Origin: Bacteroidaceae bacterium
GTDB taxonomy: Bacteria; Bacteroidota; Bacteroidia; Bacteroidales; Bacteroidaceae
Assembly (NCBI GenBank): GCA_017650045.1
Contig: JAGCFP010000080.1
Location: 9,468-73,467, forward strand
Direction of reading: 5' to 3'
DNA: 64,000 nucleotides
The position numbers and the translations under genes are program-made. Below the pieces are notes generated by a model that was not told the DNA's origin, did not search any database, and saw only the letters and a list, made by a program, of their open reading frames with translations. Shown piece after piece: positions 1 through 9,377 of the stretch (positions are counted from its first letter, which is position 1; each line of letters opens with the position of its first letter).

Positions 1-105
1 GTTGAAAATTGAGAATTGAGAATTGAGAATTGAGAATTAGGCTGCGCAATGTTTATCTTCCGGATGGCAATTTTCAATTTTCAATTCTCAATCCTCAATT
101 CTAAA
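1..105. repeat. Inverted heptamer arrays: (AATTGAG)x4 facing (AATTYTC-like)x5
   Basis: AATTGAG at 7-34; reverse-complement units AATTTTC/AATTCTC/AATCCTC/AATTCTA at 69-103; left arm may be cut by the window edge. Confidence 0.9.
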
Positions 106-116
106 TATAAAGTTCA

Positions 117-1283
117 ATGAAGTACGATTTTAACACCCTCGTTGACCGTCGAGGTACGAACAGTTATAAATGGGACAGTGCGCCGAGTAATGACGTGATT
201 CCTCTTTGGGTAGCCGATATGGACTTCCAGACGGCCCCTGCCATTATAGAGGCATTACGTAAGCGTGTGGAGCATGGCGTGTTTGGCTATACCCATGTGC
301 CTGAGGCTTTCTTTCAGGCTTCCATCGATTGGTTCCGTCGCAAGCATGGATGGACCATCCAGCGTTATTGGATGCTCTATACCTCGGGTGTGGTGCCTGC
401 CATCTCTGCCGTTATCAAAGGTCTGACAAAGCCAGGCGACAAGGTATTGGTACAGACGCCTGTGTATAATTGCTTCTTTTCCAGCATACGCAACAATGGA
501 TGTGTGATGGCAGAGAACAGGTTAGTGTATGAGAATCAGTTTTATCACATCGACTTTGAGGATTTTGAGCGTCAGGCTGCCGATCCTGCGGTGAAGCTCT
601 TCCTGCTTTGTAATCCGCACAATCCTGCTGGTAGGGTATGGACTCGAGAAGAGCTTTGCCAGATGGGAGAAATCTGTCAGCGTCATGGGGTCATCGTCGT
701 AAGCGACGAGATTCACGGGGAATTTACCTTCCCAGGCTATACCTATATCCCTTTTGCTGCGGCTTCGGAGGCATGTCTGCACAATTCCATCACCTGCACA
801 TCGCCCAGTAAGGCATTCAATATCGCGGGTTTGCAGATAGCCAATATCATCAGTGACAATGCCCTGTGGCGACAGAAGATCGACCGTGCCATCAATGACA
901 ATGAGGTGTGCGACGTGAATCCGTTGGGCATCGAAGCTCTGATGGCTGCCTACAACGACAGTGAAGACTGGTTGGAGGCACTGAAGCAGTACATTTATGA
1001 GAATTACCTTTTCCTGTGTCGTTTCTTTGAGGAGCAACTGCCTCAGTTCCCCGTCTTGAAGATGGAAGGCACCTATTTGGCTTGGGTAGATTGTCGTACA
1101 TTGCCTTACACCTCCCAGCAGTTGGAAGAGAAACTCTTGGAGGAACAGAAGGTCTGGGTCAATGCGGGCAGTATGTACGGAGAAGCTGGCGAAGGCTTTA
1201 TCCGCATCAATATGGCTTGCCCACGTACACGTCTGCAAGAAGGTTTGCAACGCATTAAGGCAGGATTACAATCCCTGGCGTAA
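117..1283 (+). CDS. patB: MalY/PatB-family PLP-dependent C-S lyase (cystathionine beta-lyase)
   Basis: Motifs LWVADMDF, CNPHNPAGRVW, SDEIH and SPSKAFN (PLP lysine). Confidence 0.9.
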   Translation: MKYDFNTLVDRRGTNSYKWDSAPSNDVIPLWVADMDFQTAPAIIEALRKRVEHGVFGYTHVPEAFFQASIDWFRRKHGWTIQRYWMLYTSGVVPAISAVIKGLTKPGDKVLVQTPVYNCFFSSIRNNGCVMAENRLVYENQFYHIDFEDFERQAADPAVKLFLLCNPHNPAGRVWTREELCQMGEICQRHGVIVVSDEIHGEFTFPGYTYIPFAAASEACLHNSITCTSPSKAFNIAGLQIANIISDNALWRQKIDRAINDNEVCDVNPLGIEALMAAYNDSEDWLEALKQYIYENYLFLCRFFEEQLPQFPVLKMEGTYLAWVDCRTLPYTSQQLEEKLLEEQKVWVNAGSMYGEAGEGFIRINMACPRTRLQEGLQRIKAGLQSLA

Positions 1284-1293
1284 TAGCTACTAT

Positions 1294-1369
1294 AGTCAGC
1301 GGGTTTTACGGATTTATTTTATTCTTTAGCAATAAAATGACTTAAATCTGTAAAATCCGTTGACTTTTT
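1294..1369 (+). terminator. Long hairpin / REP-like terminator between patB and tex
   Basis: AGTCAGCGGGTTTTACGGATTTA (1294-1316) pairs with TAAATCTGTAAAATCCGTTGACT (1343-1365); inner TTTTATT/AATAAAA stem; followed by TTTT. Confidence 0.7.
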
Positions 1370-1398
1370 ATTATATTCGCCCTATAATAGTTTTAGGT

Positions 1399-3540
1399 AT
1401 GGAACAGAATCAATTCACTTCCCGTATAGCGCAACGGCTCCAACTCTCGGAGCGCAGTGTGGATAATACCATTGAATTACTCAATGAAGGTGCGACTATT
1501 CCTTTCATTGCCCGCTATCGTAAGGAACGGACGGGCTCACTGGATGAAGTACAGATAGCGCAGATAGGCGAACTGTATCAGAAATTTCAGGAATTGCTGA
1601 AGCGGAAGGAAACCATTCTGAATACCATTGAGGAACAAGGTAAGCTTACCCCTGAGCTTAAGCAACGAATCACGGAGAGTTGGGATGCATCTGAGATAGA
1701 AGATATCTATCTGCCATACCGCCCTAAGCGTCGTACGAAGGCACAGGTAGCCCGAGAACACGGGTTGGAACCACTGGCTAAGACCTTGCTTATGCAACGG
1801 GAGCGTGATATTGAGAAGGTGGCTCAGCGCTATGTGAACGACGAGGTGCCCGATGTTGCTGAGGCTCTGCAGGGAGCTAAAGATATTATCGCCGAAATGG
1901 TTAGCGAGGATGAACGTTCACGTAACCAACTCCGTGGGGCTTTCCGTCGTCAGGCTGTCATCACCTCTAAGGTGGTCAAGGCCAAAGCTGAGGAAGAAGG
2001 AGCCGCCAAGTTCTCCGATTACTTCGATTGGTCGGAGCCTCTGAAACGCTGCTCGTCCCACCGTTTGCTGGCCATGCGCCGTGGGGAAGCCGAAGGTTTC
2101 TTGCGGGTATCCATCGCTCCAGATGAGGCGGCATTCATAGAACAATTACAGAGTCACTACGTCAGAGGAACAGGTCCTTGCAGTCGGTTGGTTGGCGAAG
2201 CTGTGGCAGATGGTTACAAGCGCCTGCTGAAACCTTCCATAGAAACGGAGTTTGCAGCCATGACCAAGGAAAAGGCCGATGAAGAATGCATCAAGGTCTT
2301 TGCCGAAAATTTGCGCCAGTTACTGCTTTCCCCACCGCTTGGGGAGAAGCGTGTGATGGGCATCGACCCAGGCTTCCGCACAGGGTGCAAGGTGGTCTGT
2401 CTGGATGCTCAGGGCAATCTGCTGCATTATGAAGCCATCTATCCCAATCCACCACAGTCGGAACGTGTAAAGGCTACCCGTGCAGTGGAGCGCATGATAG
2501 AGTCCTATAAGATAGAAGCCATTGCGATAGGAAATGGCACTGCCAGTCGTGAGACAGCTAACTTTGTGGAACGTCTGCATCTGGGTGATGATATCCAGGC
2601 ATTTGTGGTCAGTGAAGACGGGGCTTCCGTCTATTCGGCTTCTAAGTTGGGTAGGGAAGAGTTTCCTGAATACGATGTAACCGTGCGTGGGGCTGTGTCC
2701 ATTGGCCGTCGCTTGATGGACCCACTGGCAGAACTGGTGAAGATAGATCCTAAGAGTATCGGGGTGGGGCAGTATCAGCATGATGTGGACCAGTCTAAAT
2801 TGAAACAGAAGCTCGACCAGACGGTGGAGAGTTGTGTGAATGCAGTGGGAGTTGATCTGAACACTGCCAGTCAGCATCTGCTTACTTATGTCAGTGGGTT
2901 AGGAACACAACTGGCCAAGAACATTGTGGATTATCGCAAGGAGAACGGTGCGTTCACCAGTAGGGCACAGTTGCTGAAGGTGCCACGCTTGGGACCTGCT
3001 GCCTATCAGCAGTGTGCAGGCTTCCTTCGTATCCGTGGGGCAGAGAACCCCTTGGACAACAGTGCCGTACATCCTGAGAGCTATGCCCTGGTGGAGCGTA
3101 TGGCACAGGATGCCGGATGTTCTGTTTCTGAGCTCATCAAAGATGCCGAGAAGCGCAGTAAGGTAAAGGTGGAGCGTTATGTTACGGAGGAAGTTGGACT
3201 ACCTACCCTTACCGATATCATGAAGGAACTGGAGAAACCAGGGCGCGACCCTCGTGAGCAGATAGAGGTCTTCAAGTTCGATGAGCGTGTGAACCACATC
3301 GAAGACCTGCATATAGGTATGGAACTTCCAGGCATAGTGACGAATATTACCCGCTTTGGCGTTTTCGTGGATGTAGGGGTGCATCAAGACGGATTGGTAC
3401 ATGTTTCACAACTGGCCAATCGTTATGTGAGCGACCCCAATGACATCGTACACCTGCATCAGCATGTGCGGGTGCGTGTCTTGGAGATCGATGAGAAACG
3501 CCGTCGTATCGCCTTCACCATGAAGGGCGTACAGCAATAA
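1399..3540 (+). CDS. tex: Tex-family RNA-binding transcription accessory protein (YqgF, HhH and S1 domains)
   Basis: GATIPFIARYRKERTG, GIDPGFRTGCK, DPKSIGVGQYQHD, C-terminal S1; ATG at 1399 preferred over TTG 1360. Confidence 0.95.
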   Translation: MEQNQFTSRIAQRLQLSERSVDNTIELLNEGATIPFIARYRKERTGSLDEVQIAQIGELYQKFQELLKRKETILNTIEEQGKLTPELKQRITESWDASEIEDIYLPYRPKRRTKAQVAREHGLEPLAKTLLMQRERDIEKVAQRYVNDEVPDVAEALQGAKDIIAEMVSEDERSRNQLRGAFRRQAVITSKVVKAKAEEEGAAKFSDYFDWSEPLKRCSSHRLLAMRRGEAEGFLRVSIAPDEAAFIEQLQSHYVRGTGPCSRLVGEAVADGYKRLLKPSIETEFAAMTKEKADEECIKVFAENLRQLLLSPPLGEKRVMGIDPGFRTGCKVVCLDAQGNLLHYEAIYPNPPQSERVKATRAVERMIESYKIEAIAIGNGTASRETANFVERLHLGDDIQAFVVSEDGASVYSASKLGREEFPEYDVTVRGAVSIGRRLMDPLAELVKIDPKSIGVGQYQHDVDQSKLKQKLDQTVESCVNAVGVDLNTASQHLLTYVSGLGTQLAKNIVDYRKENGAFTSRAQLLKVPRLGPAAYQQCAGFLRIRGAENPLDNSAVHPESYALVERMAQDAGCSVSELIKDAEKRSKVKVERYVTEEVGLPTLTDIMKELEKPGRDPREQIEVFKFDERVNHIEDLHIGMELPGIVTNITRFGVFVDVGVHQDGLVHVSQLANRYVSDPNDIVHLHQHVRVRVLEIDEKRRRIAFTMKGVQQ

Positions 3541-4968
3541 TCACCAGCGATAGGAACTGACGCTACGGGCAGGCAGGTTGGCTGTAAACACCAGTTTGCC
3601 ATCCGTCACGTTCACTGATTGGGCATCTCCTTCGTTACAGATAACCAGGGCACGACTACCATCGGGATTGATGAAAGCTGCCAGTGTGAGGCCGTCAGTT
3701 CCTTGGGTGGTGGAGCCTATGCGTATAGCTCCGGGTTTCACCACAGCCGACAGGTGTGCCATCGCATAGTAGTGCGAGTTTCGGGTGATGTCCGTATAGT
3801 TGGTATTATCCACATCCACGGCTCCGTAGCAAGTGGCACAAGCTCCTTCTCCACGGTGAGGACCCCTGTCGGTATCCAGCATCAGGTTCCACATGATGGC
3901 ACCGCGGCACCAACCGTTCACCGTGGCCAGTCCAAGTTCACGCACATCGCGTAATAAAGCCACTTCCAGGTCTCTGCCCCTGTTCCAAGTGCCGATGCTT
4001 GCCTCTGTAAAGAGTAGTTCCTTATCGGGTGCTTCCTGTTGGATAAGCAGCAATTCCGAAGGTCGTCCACCATAATTATGGTAAGCAGCCCCTGCAAAGT
4101 AGCGCGCAGCCTCCCCATCTTCATAGATGTGTAGTGGATACTGCTGCTGGTCGGGAATGTTGTCATAGTTATAGTTATGGTCGAAGGCATACACCTTCAC
4201 GTTCAGGGCAGCCTGCTTCAATGCTGGTCCTAAAGCCTGTTTCATAAAGGCCAGTTGCTCTTGCCATGTCATGAAGAGCGATGCAGAATTGCCTTTGTTC
4301 AGCGGTTCGTTCTGTAACGTAATGCTGTAGATAGGAATCCCAGCCCCTTGCATGGTCTCTATCCATTTCACGAAGTAAAGCGCATAGTCCTGGTAATAAG
4401 CAGGATTCAGTTGTCCGCTGGTCCAGGAATCGAAAGGCACAGGCTCTTCCAGACTCTTTACTTTCATCCACTTCGGACATGTCCAAGGAGAACCGAGGAT
4501 TTTCAGCGCGGGATTAATCTCCAGGATCTCTTTCAGTGCGGGAATCACATACTTTGTCTCTTCGACGGTCAGGCCGAAGTGCTCTATGCCCGGCTCATCG
4601 CAAAGGGTGTATTCACTTAATGAGAAGTCGGAGCATCCGATGCTGATGCGCACATAACTGAAGTTGTACTTATCGGGTGCAAAGGTTTCTTCCAGGAAGG
4701 CATGGCGGGCATCTGCAGGCATCAGCGAGAGGTTGTATGCGGTAGACCCCGTGATGGCAGCCCCGAAACCATCGATGGTTTGGTAGCGCACAGCTTGGTT
4801 GAGCGTGATGGTTGCAGCGATGTTGGCAGCCTGTCCGAAATTCAGGGTATTAGGAGTGAGGTCCATGCTGCGTGAAGCAGTGGTAGTCAGGCTCTGAATA
4901 CGCTCTTGGGCACTTGCAGAGAGGCATAAAGTTGCCAGACAGACGGATAAGAAGTAGGATGTTTTCAT
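3541..4968 (-). CDS. Secreted glycoside hydrolase family 30 (glucosylceramidase / beta-1,6-glucanase-like)
   Basis: Signal peptide; YQTIDGFGAAITGS, RISIGCSDFS, SPWTCPKWMK, catalytic QNEP and FTE motifs. Confidence 0.85.
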   Translation of the reverse strand: MKTSYFLSVCLATLCLSASAQERIQSLTTTASRSMDLTPNTLNFGQAANIAATITLNQAVRYQTIDGFGAAITGSTAYNLSLMPADARHAFLEETFAPDKYNFSYVRISIGCSDFSLSEYTLCDEPGIEHFGLTVEETKYVIPALKEILEINPALKILGSPWTCPKWMKVKSLEEPVPFDSWTSGQLNPAYYQDYALYFVKWIETMQGAGIPIYSITLQNEPLNKGNSASLFMTWQEQLAFMKQALGPALKQAALNVKVYAFDHNYNYDNIPDQQQYPLHIYEDGEAARYFAGAAYHNYGGRPSELLLIQQEAPDKELLFTEASIGTWNRGRDLEVALLRDVRELGLATVNGWCRGAIMWNLMLDTDRGPHRGEGACATCYGAVDVDNTNYTDITRNSHYYAMAHLSAVVKPGAIRIGSTTQGTDGLTLAAFINPDGSRALVICNEGDAQSVNVTDGKLVFTANLPARSVSSYRW

Positions 4969-5046
4969 AAAATCAGCTATTTATTGCCACAAAGATAAGG
5001 ATTTAATAATAATTTTCCTTATCTTCGCAAACCTAAAAGTTTAGCG

Positions 5047-6141
5047 ATGTTACAGACAATCATAGATCCGCAAAGCGTTAGTCAGTTTGCTGCATGGGTA
5101 GAACAATACCAGAAGTTTGTCATCTTGGGCCATACCTCTCCCGATGGTGATGCCGTAGGCTCTACGCTGGCCTTGTACCATTACCTCCAATCCAAGGGTA
5201 AGCAGGCACAAGTGGTGATGCCCAACGTGTTTCCTGATTTCCTTAAGTGGCTTCCTGGCAGCGACTCCGTGATCTTCTACCGCAATGCCTCCCGCAGTCG
5301 TAAAAACGTGGAGCGGGTGGAGCAGGTCATCCGTGAGGCAGAGGTGATTTGCTGCCTTGACTTTAACGAACTTTCGCGCATCGATGAGGTAGGAGCGTTG
5401 GTAGAACAGGCAGATGCCAAGATCCTGTTGCTCGACCATCATTTGAATCCAGGCGACTTTGCTGATCTGACCATCTCGTTCCCTACCCAGTCTTCCACCT
5501 GCGAGTTGCTGTTCCGCTTCTTGTACGATCTTGGACACTATGAGGAGATGACGGTCACTGAAGCGGCTTGCATTTATACTGGTATGATGACAGATACTGG
5601 TGGGTTTACCTTTAATTCTACCCGTGGAGAGATTTTCTACATCGTGGGCTTGCTCTTGGACAAAGGCATCAATAAGGACGTTATCTACCGCAAGGTAAAC
5701 AATAGCTACACGGCAGCACGCCTGCATTTACAAGGGGAGGTGCTGAGTCGCATGACCTATCTGCCCAAGTATCACACGGCCATTCTGGAGCTAAGCAAGG
5801 AGCAGCAGGAGCGACAAGATTACCATCGAGGTGATAGCGAAGGTTTCGTGAATCTGCCTTTGGGTATCAAGGATGTGATATTCACCTGTTTCCTGCGCGA
5901 AGATACGGAGCGCGACCAGGTTAAGCTTTCTTTCCGTTCCATCGGAGATTTCCCCTCTCAGGAGGTTGCCAAGCGCTTCGGAGGAGGCGGACACCTGAAT
6001 GCTTCGGGTGCCGAGCGTCCCCAGACCACCATTGCGCAGGTCAAGAAAGAGTTTATTAAGGTGTTGGCCGACTTCAAGGAACAGCTCGATGAGGCTTGCA
6101 AGGCAGAGCAACGGGTTTCATTCAAGCTCTCCAAACGTTAA
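5047..6141 (+). CDS. nrnA: DHH-family phosphoesterase (NrnA oligoribonuclease/pAp phosphatase)
   Basis: HTSPDGDAVGS, LDHH, TDTG, GGGGHLNASG. Confidence 0.9.
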   Translation: MLQTIIDPQSVSQFAAWVEQYQKFVILGHTSPDGDAVGSTLALYHYLQSKGKQAQVVMPNVFPDFLKWLPGSDSVIFYRNASRSRKNVERVEQVIREAEVICCLDFNELSRIDEVGALVEQADAKILLLDHHLNPGDFADLTISFPTQSSTCELLFRFLYDLGHYEEMTVTEAACIYTGMMTDTGGFTFNSTRGEIFYIVGLLLDKGINKDVIYRKVNNSYTAARLHLQGEVLSRMTYLPKYHTAILELSKEQQERQDYHRGDSEGFVNLPLGIKDVIFTCFLREDTERDQVKLSFRSIGDFPSQEVAKRFGGGGHLNASGAERPQTTIAQVKKEFIKVLADFKEQLDEACKAEQRVSFKLSKR

Positions 6142-6217
6142 ATCTTGCGAAGTTTCTTAGGCTTTTGATGACAATTACATAGAAATAGCCTATTTTTGCA
6201 AAAATTTTCTAGTAAAG

Positions 6218-6826
6218 ATGAAGAAACTGGTATATTTCATCGTGGGACTCCTCTTGTGCAGCATGGCTTTTCAGTCATGTCACGACAATGTGACCTACGC
6301 CGATATGTTGAAAGATGAGAATCGCATGATAAGCAATCTGATAAAGGATAGTGGTATCGTGGTCATCTCACAGAGTGAGTTCTATGCCCAAGATTCCACC
6401 ACCAATGTCAGTCGTAATGAGTTCGTGCAGCTGGCGAGTGGCGTGTATATGCAGATTGTGGACAAGGGTTCTGATGATCCTGCAGATACCATCAGCACCA
6501 ACGATCATGTGCTGGTGCGCTTCGTGGAGTACAACATCTCCGACACGATGAATGTCTCTTGTACCAATGTGTCCTATCCTTACATCGTAGATGAGTTCCG
6601 CTATGTGGCCACTTCTACCTCTGCGATGGGAACCTTCATCAGCGGTGCCATGTACATCACCTATCAGAAAACAGCCGTCCCAGCAGGTTGGTTGGCCATT
6701 CTTCCATTCGTTCGTGATGGGGCTCATGTAAAGCTCATCGTTCCTTCCAAGATGGGACATGAGGCTTCCATGCAGTATGTGCATCCTTACTATTACGACC
6801 TTAGAAAAATAATGTTCTATAAGTAA
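6218..6826 (+). CDS. Bacteroidales lipoprotein (DUF4827-like, FKBP-like fold)
   Basis: Lipobox FQSC; TYADMLKDE, SGVYMQIV, VKLIVPSKMGH; position between nrnA and glmM. Confidence 0.7.
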   Translation: MKKLVYFIVGLLLCSMAFQSCHDNVTYADMLKDENRMISNLIKDSGIVVISQSEFYAQDSTTNVSRNEFVQLASGVYMQIVDKGSDDPADTISTNDHVLVRFVEYNISDTMNVSCTNVSYPYIVDEFRYVATSTSAMGTFISGAMYITYQKTAVPAGWLAILPFVRDGAHVKLIVPSKMGHEASMQYVHPYYYDLRKIMFYK

Positions 6827-6836
6827 AGCAATCCTT

Positions 6837-8231
6837 ATGACTCTGATTAAATCTATCTCAGGCATTCGCGGAACCATTGGTGGTCAGGCAGGCGAAGGCC
6901 TCAGTCCACTTGATATGGTGAAATTCACCGCTGCTTATGCCACCCTTATCCGTCAGACTTGCACTGTAAAGAATAATAAGATCGTTGTGGGCCGTGATGC
7001 TCGCATCTCTGGTGAGATGGTACGCAGCGTCGTGGTCGGCACCCTGATGGGAATGGGCTGGGATGTAGTCGATATCGATCTGGCTACCACCCCTACTACC
7101 GAGTTGGCAGTCACGATGGAAGGTGCCAGTGGTGGCATCATCCTTACCGCTTCCCATAATCCGAAGCAGTGGAATGCCTTGAAGTTGCTCAATGAGCATG
7201 GTGAGTTCCTCAATGCTGCCGAAGGCAACGAGGTGCTACGCATCGCTGAGGCAGAGGAATTTACGTTTGCAGAGGTAGATCAGTTAGGTAGCTATCGCAA
7301 GGACTTGAGCTATAATCAGAAGCATATCGATGCGGTGCTGGCATTGCCATTGGTAGATGTGGATGCCATCCGTAAGGCACATTTCCGTGTGGCCATTGAT
7401 ACTGTGAATTCTGTGGGTGGTATCATCTTGCCACAACTGCTGCAGCAATTGGGCGTGGAGCGTATCAGCGGTCTCTATACCGAGCCTACAGGCAACTTCC
7501 AGCATAATCCGGAGCCTTTGGAGAAAAACCTGGGTGATATCATGGCACTGATGCGTCAGGGAGGTCACGATGTGGCTTTCGTGGTAGATCCTGATGTAGA
7601 TCGTCTGGCGATGATTTGTGAAGACGGTACCATGTATGGCGAGGAATACACACTGGTCACTGTGGCAGATTATATCCTGAAGCACACCCCAGGCAATACT
7701 GTGAGCAACCTCAGTTCTACCCGTGCTCTGCGCGATGTCACTGAGAAATACGGACAGCAGTATTTTGCTTCTGCCGTTGGTGAGGTTAATGTCACCACGA
7801 AGATGAAAGAAGTAGATGCCGTTATCGGAGGCGAAGGCAATGGCGGAGTCATTTATCCTGCCATTCACTACGGTCGTGATGCCCTCGTAGGTATCGCCCT
7901 GTTCCTCAGCCATCTGGCACATGAGGGCAAGAAGGTGAGCGAGCTTCGTGCTACCTACCCATCCTATTTCATGGCAAAGAATCGCATCGACCTCCGTCCA
8001 GATACCGATATCGATGCCATCTTAAGTAAGGTAAAAGCCATGTATGCTGGTCAGATGGAAGTCAATGTCAACGACATCGATGGTGTGAAGATTGATTTCA
8101 CCGATAAGTGGGTACACCTGCGTCGCAGCAATACCGAGCCCATCATCCGTGTGTATAGTGAAGCACACACCCTTCTTGAGGCTGAGGAGATAGGTCAGCA
8201 GATCGTGGATCTGGTGCAGGAGATGCTGTAG
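6837..8231 (+). CDS. glmM: Phosphoglucosamine mutase / phosphohexomutase
   Basis: TASHNP catalytic serine, DPDVDR metal loop, GGEGNGG. Confidence 0.9.
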   Translation: MTLIKSISGIRGTIGGQAGEGLSPLDMVKFTAAYATLIRQTCTVKNNKIVVGRDARISGEMVRSVVVGTLMGMGWDVVDIDLATTPTTELAVTMEGASGGIILTASHNPKQWNALKLLNEHGEFLNAAEGNEVLRIAEAEEFTFAEVDQLGSYRKDLSYNQKHIDAVLALPLVDVDAIRKAHFRVAIDTVNSVGGIILPQLLQQLGVERISGLYTEPTGNFQHNPEPLEKNLGDIMALMRQGGHDVAFVVDPDVDRLAMICEDGTMYGEEYTLVTVADYILKHTPGNTVSNLSSTRALRDVTEKYGQQYFASAVGEVNVTTKMKEVDAVIGGEGNGGVIYPAIHYGRDALVGIALFLSHLAHEGKKVSELRATYPSYFMAKNRIDLRPDTDIDAILSKVKAMYAGQMEVNVNDIDGVKIDFTDKWVHLRRSNTEPIIRVYSEAHTLLEAEEIGQQIVDLVQEML

Positions 8232-8268
8232 TCTAACTCCTTTCTTTACCAAAAGTAAAGCCTTTTTC

Positions 8269-8377
8269 CAGTAATGCTGGGCGTTTTTGCGGAAATACCC
8301 AGCATTATTGTATATAATAGTGAAGCATTTTTCTGATAATACTGGACATTTCCGCGATAATTGCCTGCATTTCTGGG
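8269..8377. repeat. Hairpin plus five degenerate 21-22 bp units (ATAAT-N-GCATT family)
   Basis: CAGTAATGCTGGGCGTTT (8269-8286) pairs with AAATACCCAGCATTATTG (8293-8310); units start near 8271, 8292, 8314, 8336, 8357. Confidence 0.7.
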
Positions 8378-8428
8378 ATCATATTTGATGTATTGCCTGT
8401 TGATACGTTATCTCTCAGCAAAGCCAAG

Positions 8429-8506
8429 GTTATGACTTAGCTCAGTTATCGTTAGGATTTAGCTAAGTCATGGTTAGGACTTAACTCAGTCATCGGGGTG
8501 ACTGAG
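8429..8506. repeat. 22 bp tandem repeat x3 plus a partial copy, palindromic core GACTTAGCTAAGTC
   Basis: GTTATGACTTAGCTCAGTTATC / GTTAGGATTTAGCTAAGTCATG / GTTAGGACTTAACTCAGTCATC at 8429, 8451, 8473. Confidence 0.85.
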
Positions 8507-8567
8507 CATGAAGGAACACGTATTAGTTGGAGTAAGATGCCTATTCTAAATATGAATTATGCCCAAA

Positions 8568-8704
8568 ACACCTCACACCTCACCTTTGCTTAATTAGTGC
8601 ATGATATACAAGCATTCTAAAGGGTGAGGTGTCATTTCAACACCTCACCTCCGTAAATATGTGTATGTTAGTGCGTTACGCCAAAAAGGTGAGGTGTGAG
8701 GTGT
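8568..8704. repeat. Nested inverted-repeat element built from ACACCTC heptamers
   Basis: Perfect 20 bp IR ACACCTCACACCTCACCTTT (8568-8587) / AAAGGTGAGGTGTGAGGTGT (8685-8704); inner IR GGTGAGGTGT (8623-8632) / ACACCTCACC (8640-8649). Confidence 0.9.
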
Positions 8705-8834
8705 GAAGTCAAAAATATACAGAAGATTATATCAATCTATGTTTATAGTTATGTGTGATTGAACGGATTTTTTATAATAATTATTGTTATAAAGGATTCT
8801 TTCGCTATATTTGCAAAAACGAATACTCTATACA

Positions 8835-9281
8835 ATGAAAAAAACACTCACCATACTCGGCTTCTTTTTTCTACTGATACTGGGCTTCACTGCCTGTCAG
8901 ATAGATGATGATGCTTTAGAACAACTCGACCAAGAGCAACTAGAAATGAAGAAACGTGACTCTGACAAGCATCCGAAGTTGGAGTATATCACTACTGCGA
9001 ATAATAATGATGCATATAATCCTGCCGAAAGAGCCCCTTCAAAACTGAAATACACGCTACTAAGCAAGGATGATTCCTTACATGTTTTTTTTCAAATAGA
9101 TACTGAAGAAATAGTTTACGTCTACTTTGTTGATCAACATGGTAATATAATATATAGAGAAGAGGTTGATAACATCTTCCAAGGGAAAGAATTCCTAATT
9201 AATCCTGCAATAAGTTATCCGTATACCTTCACCATTGAGACTAAACTCTTTACTATGAAAGGAATAATTATGCTAGAATAA
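8835..9281 (+). CDS. Lipoprotein with DUF3244-like Ig-fold C-terminal domain
   Basis: MKK + hydrophobic stretch + lipobox FTAC + acidic QIDDD; beta pattern LHVFF..VYVYFVDQHGNIIY..YTFTIET..MKGIIM; promoter box TATATTTG at 8806-8813. Confidence 0.6.
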   Translation: MKKTLTILGFFFLLILGFTACQIDDDALEQLDQEQLEMKKRDSDKHPKLEYITTANNNDAYNPAERAPSKLKYTLLSKDDSLHVFFQIDTEEIVYVYFVDQHGNIIYREEVDNIFQGKEFLINPAISYPYTFTIETKLFTMKGIIMLE

Positions 9282-9377
9282 TCGCATTCTTTCATTTGTC
9301 AACTTTTTGTCAACAAAAAAATGCTGTTTTTCCCCAAAAAAATTAATTTCTTTGCATAGAACTATAAAAGTACAGCT

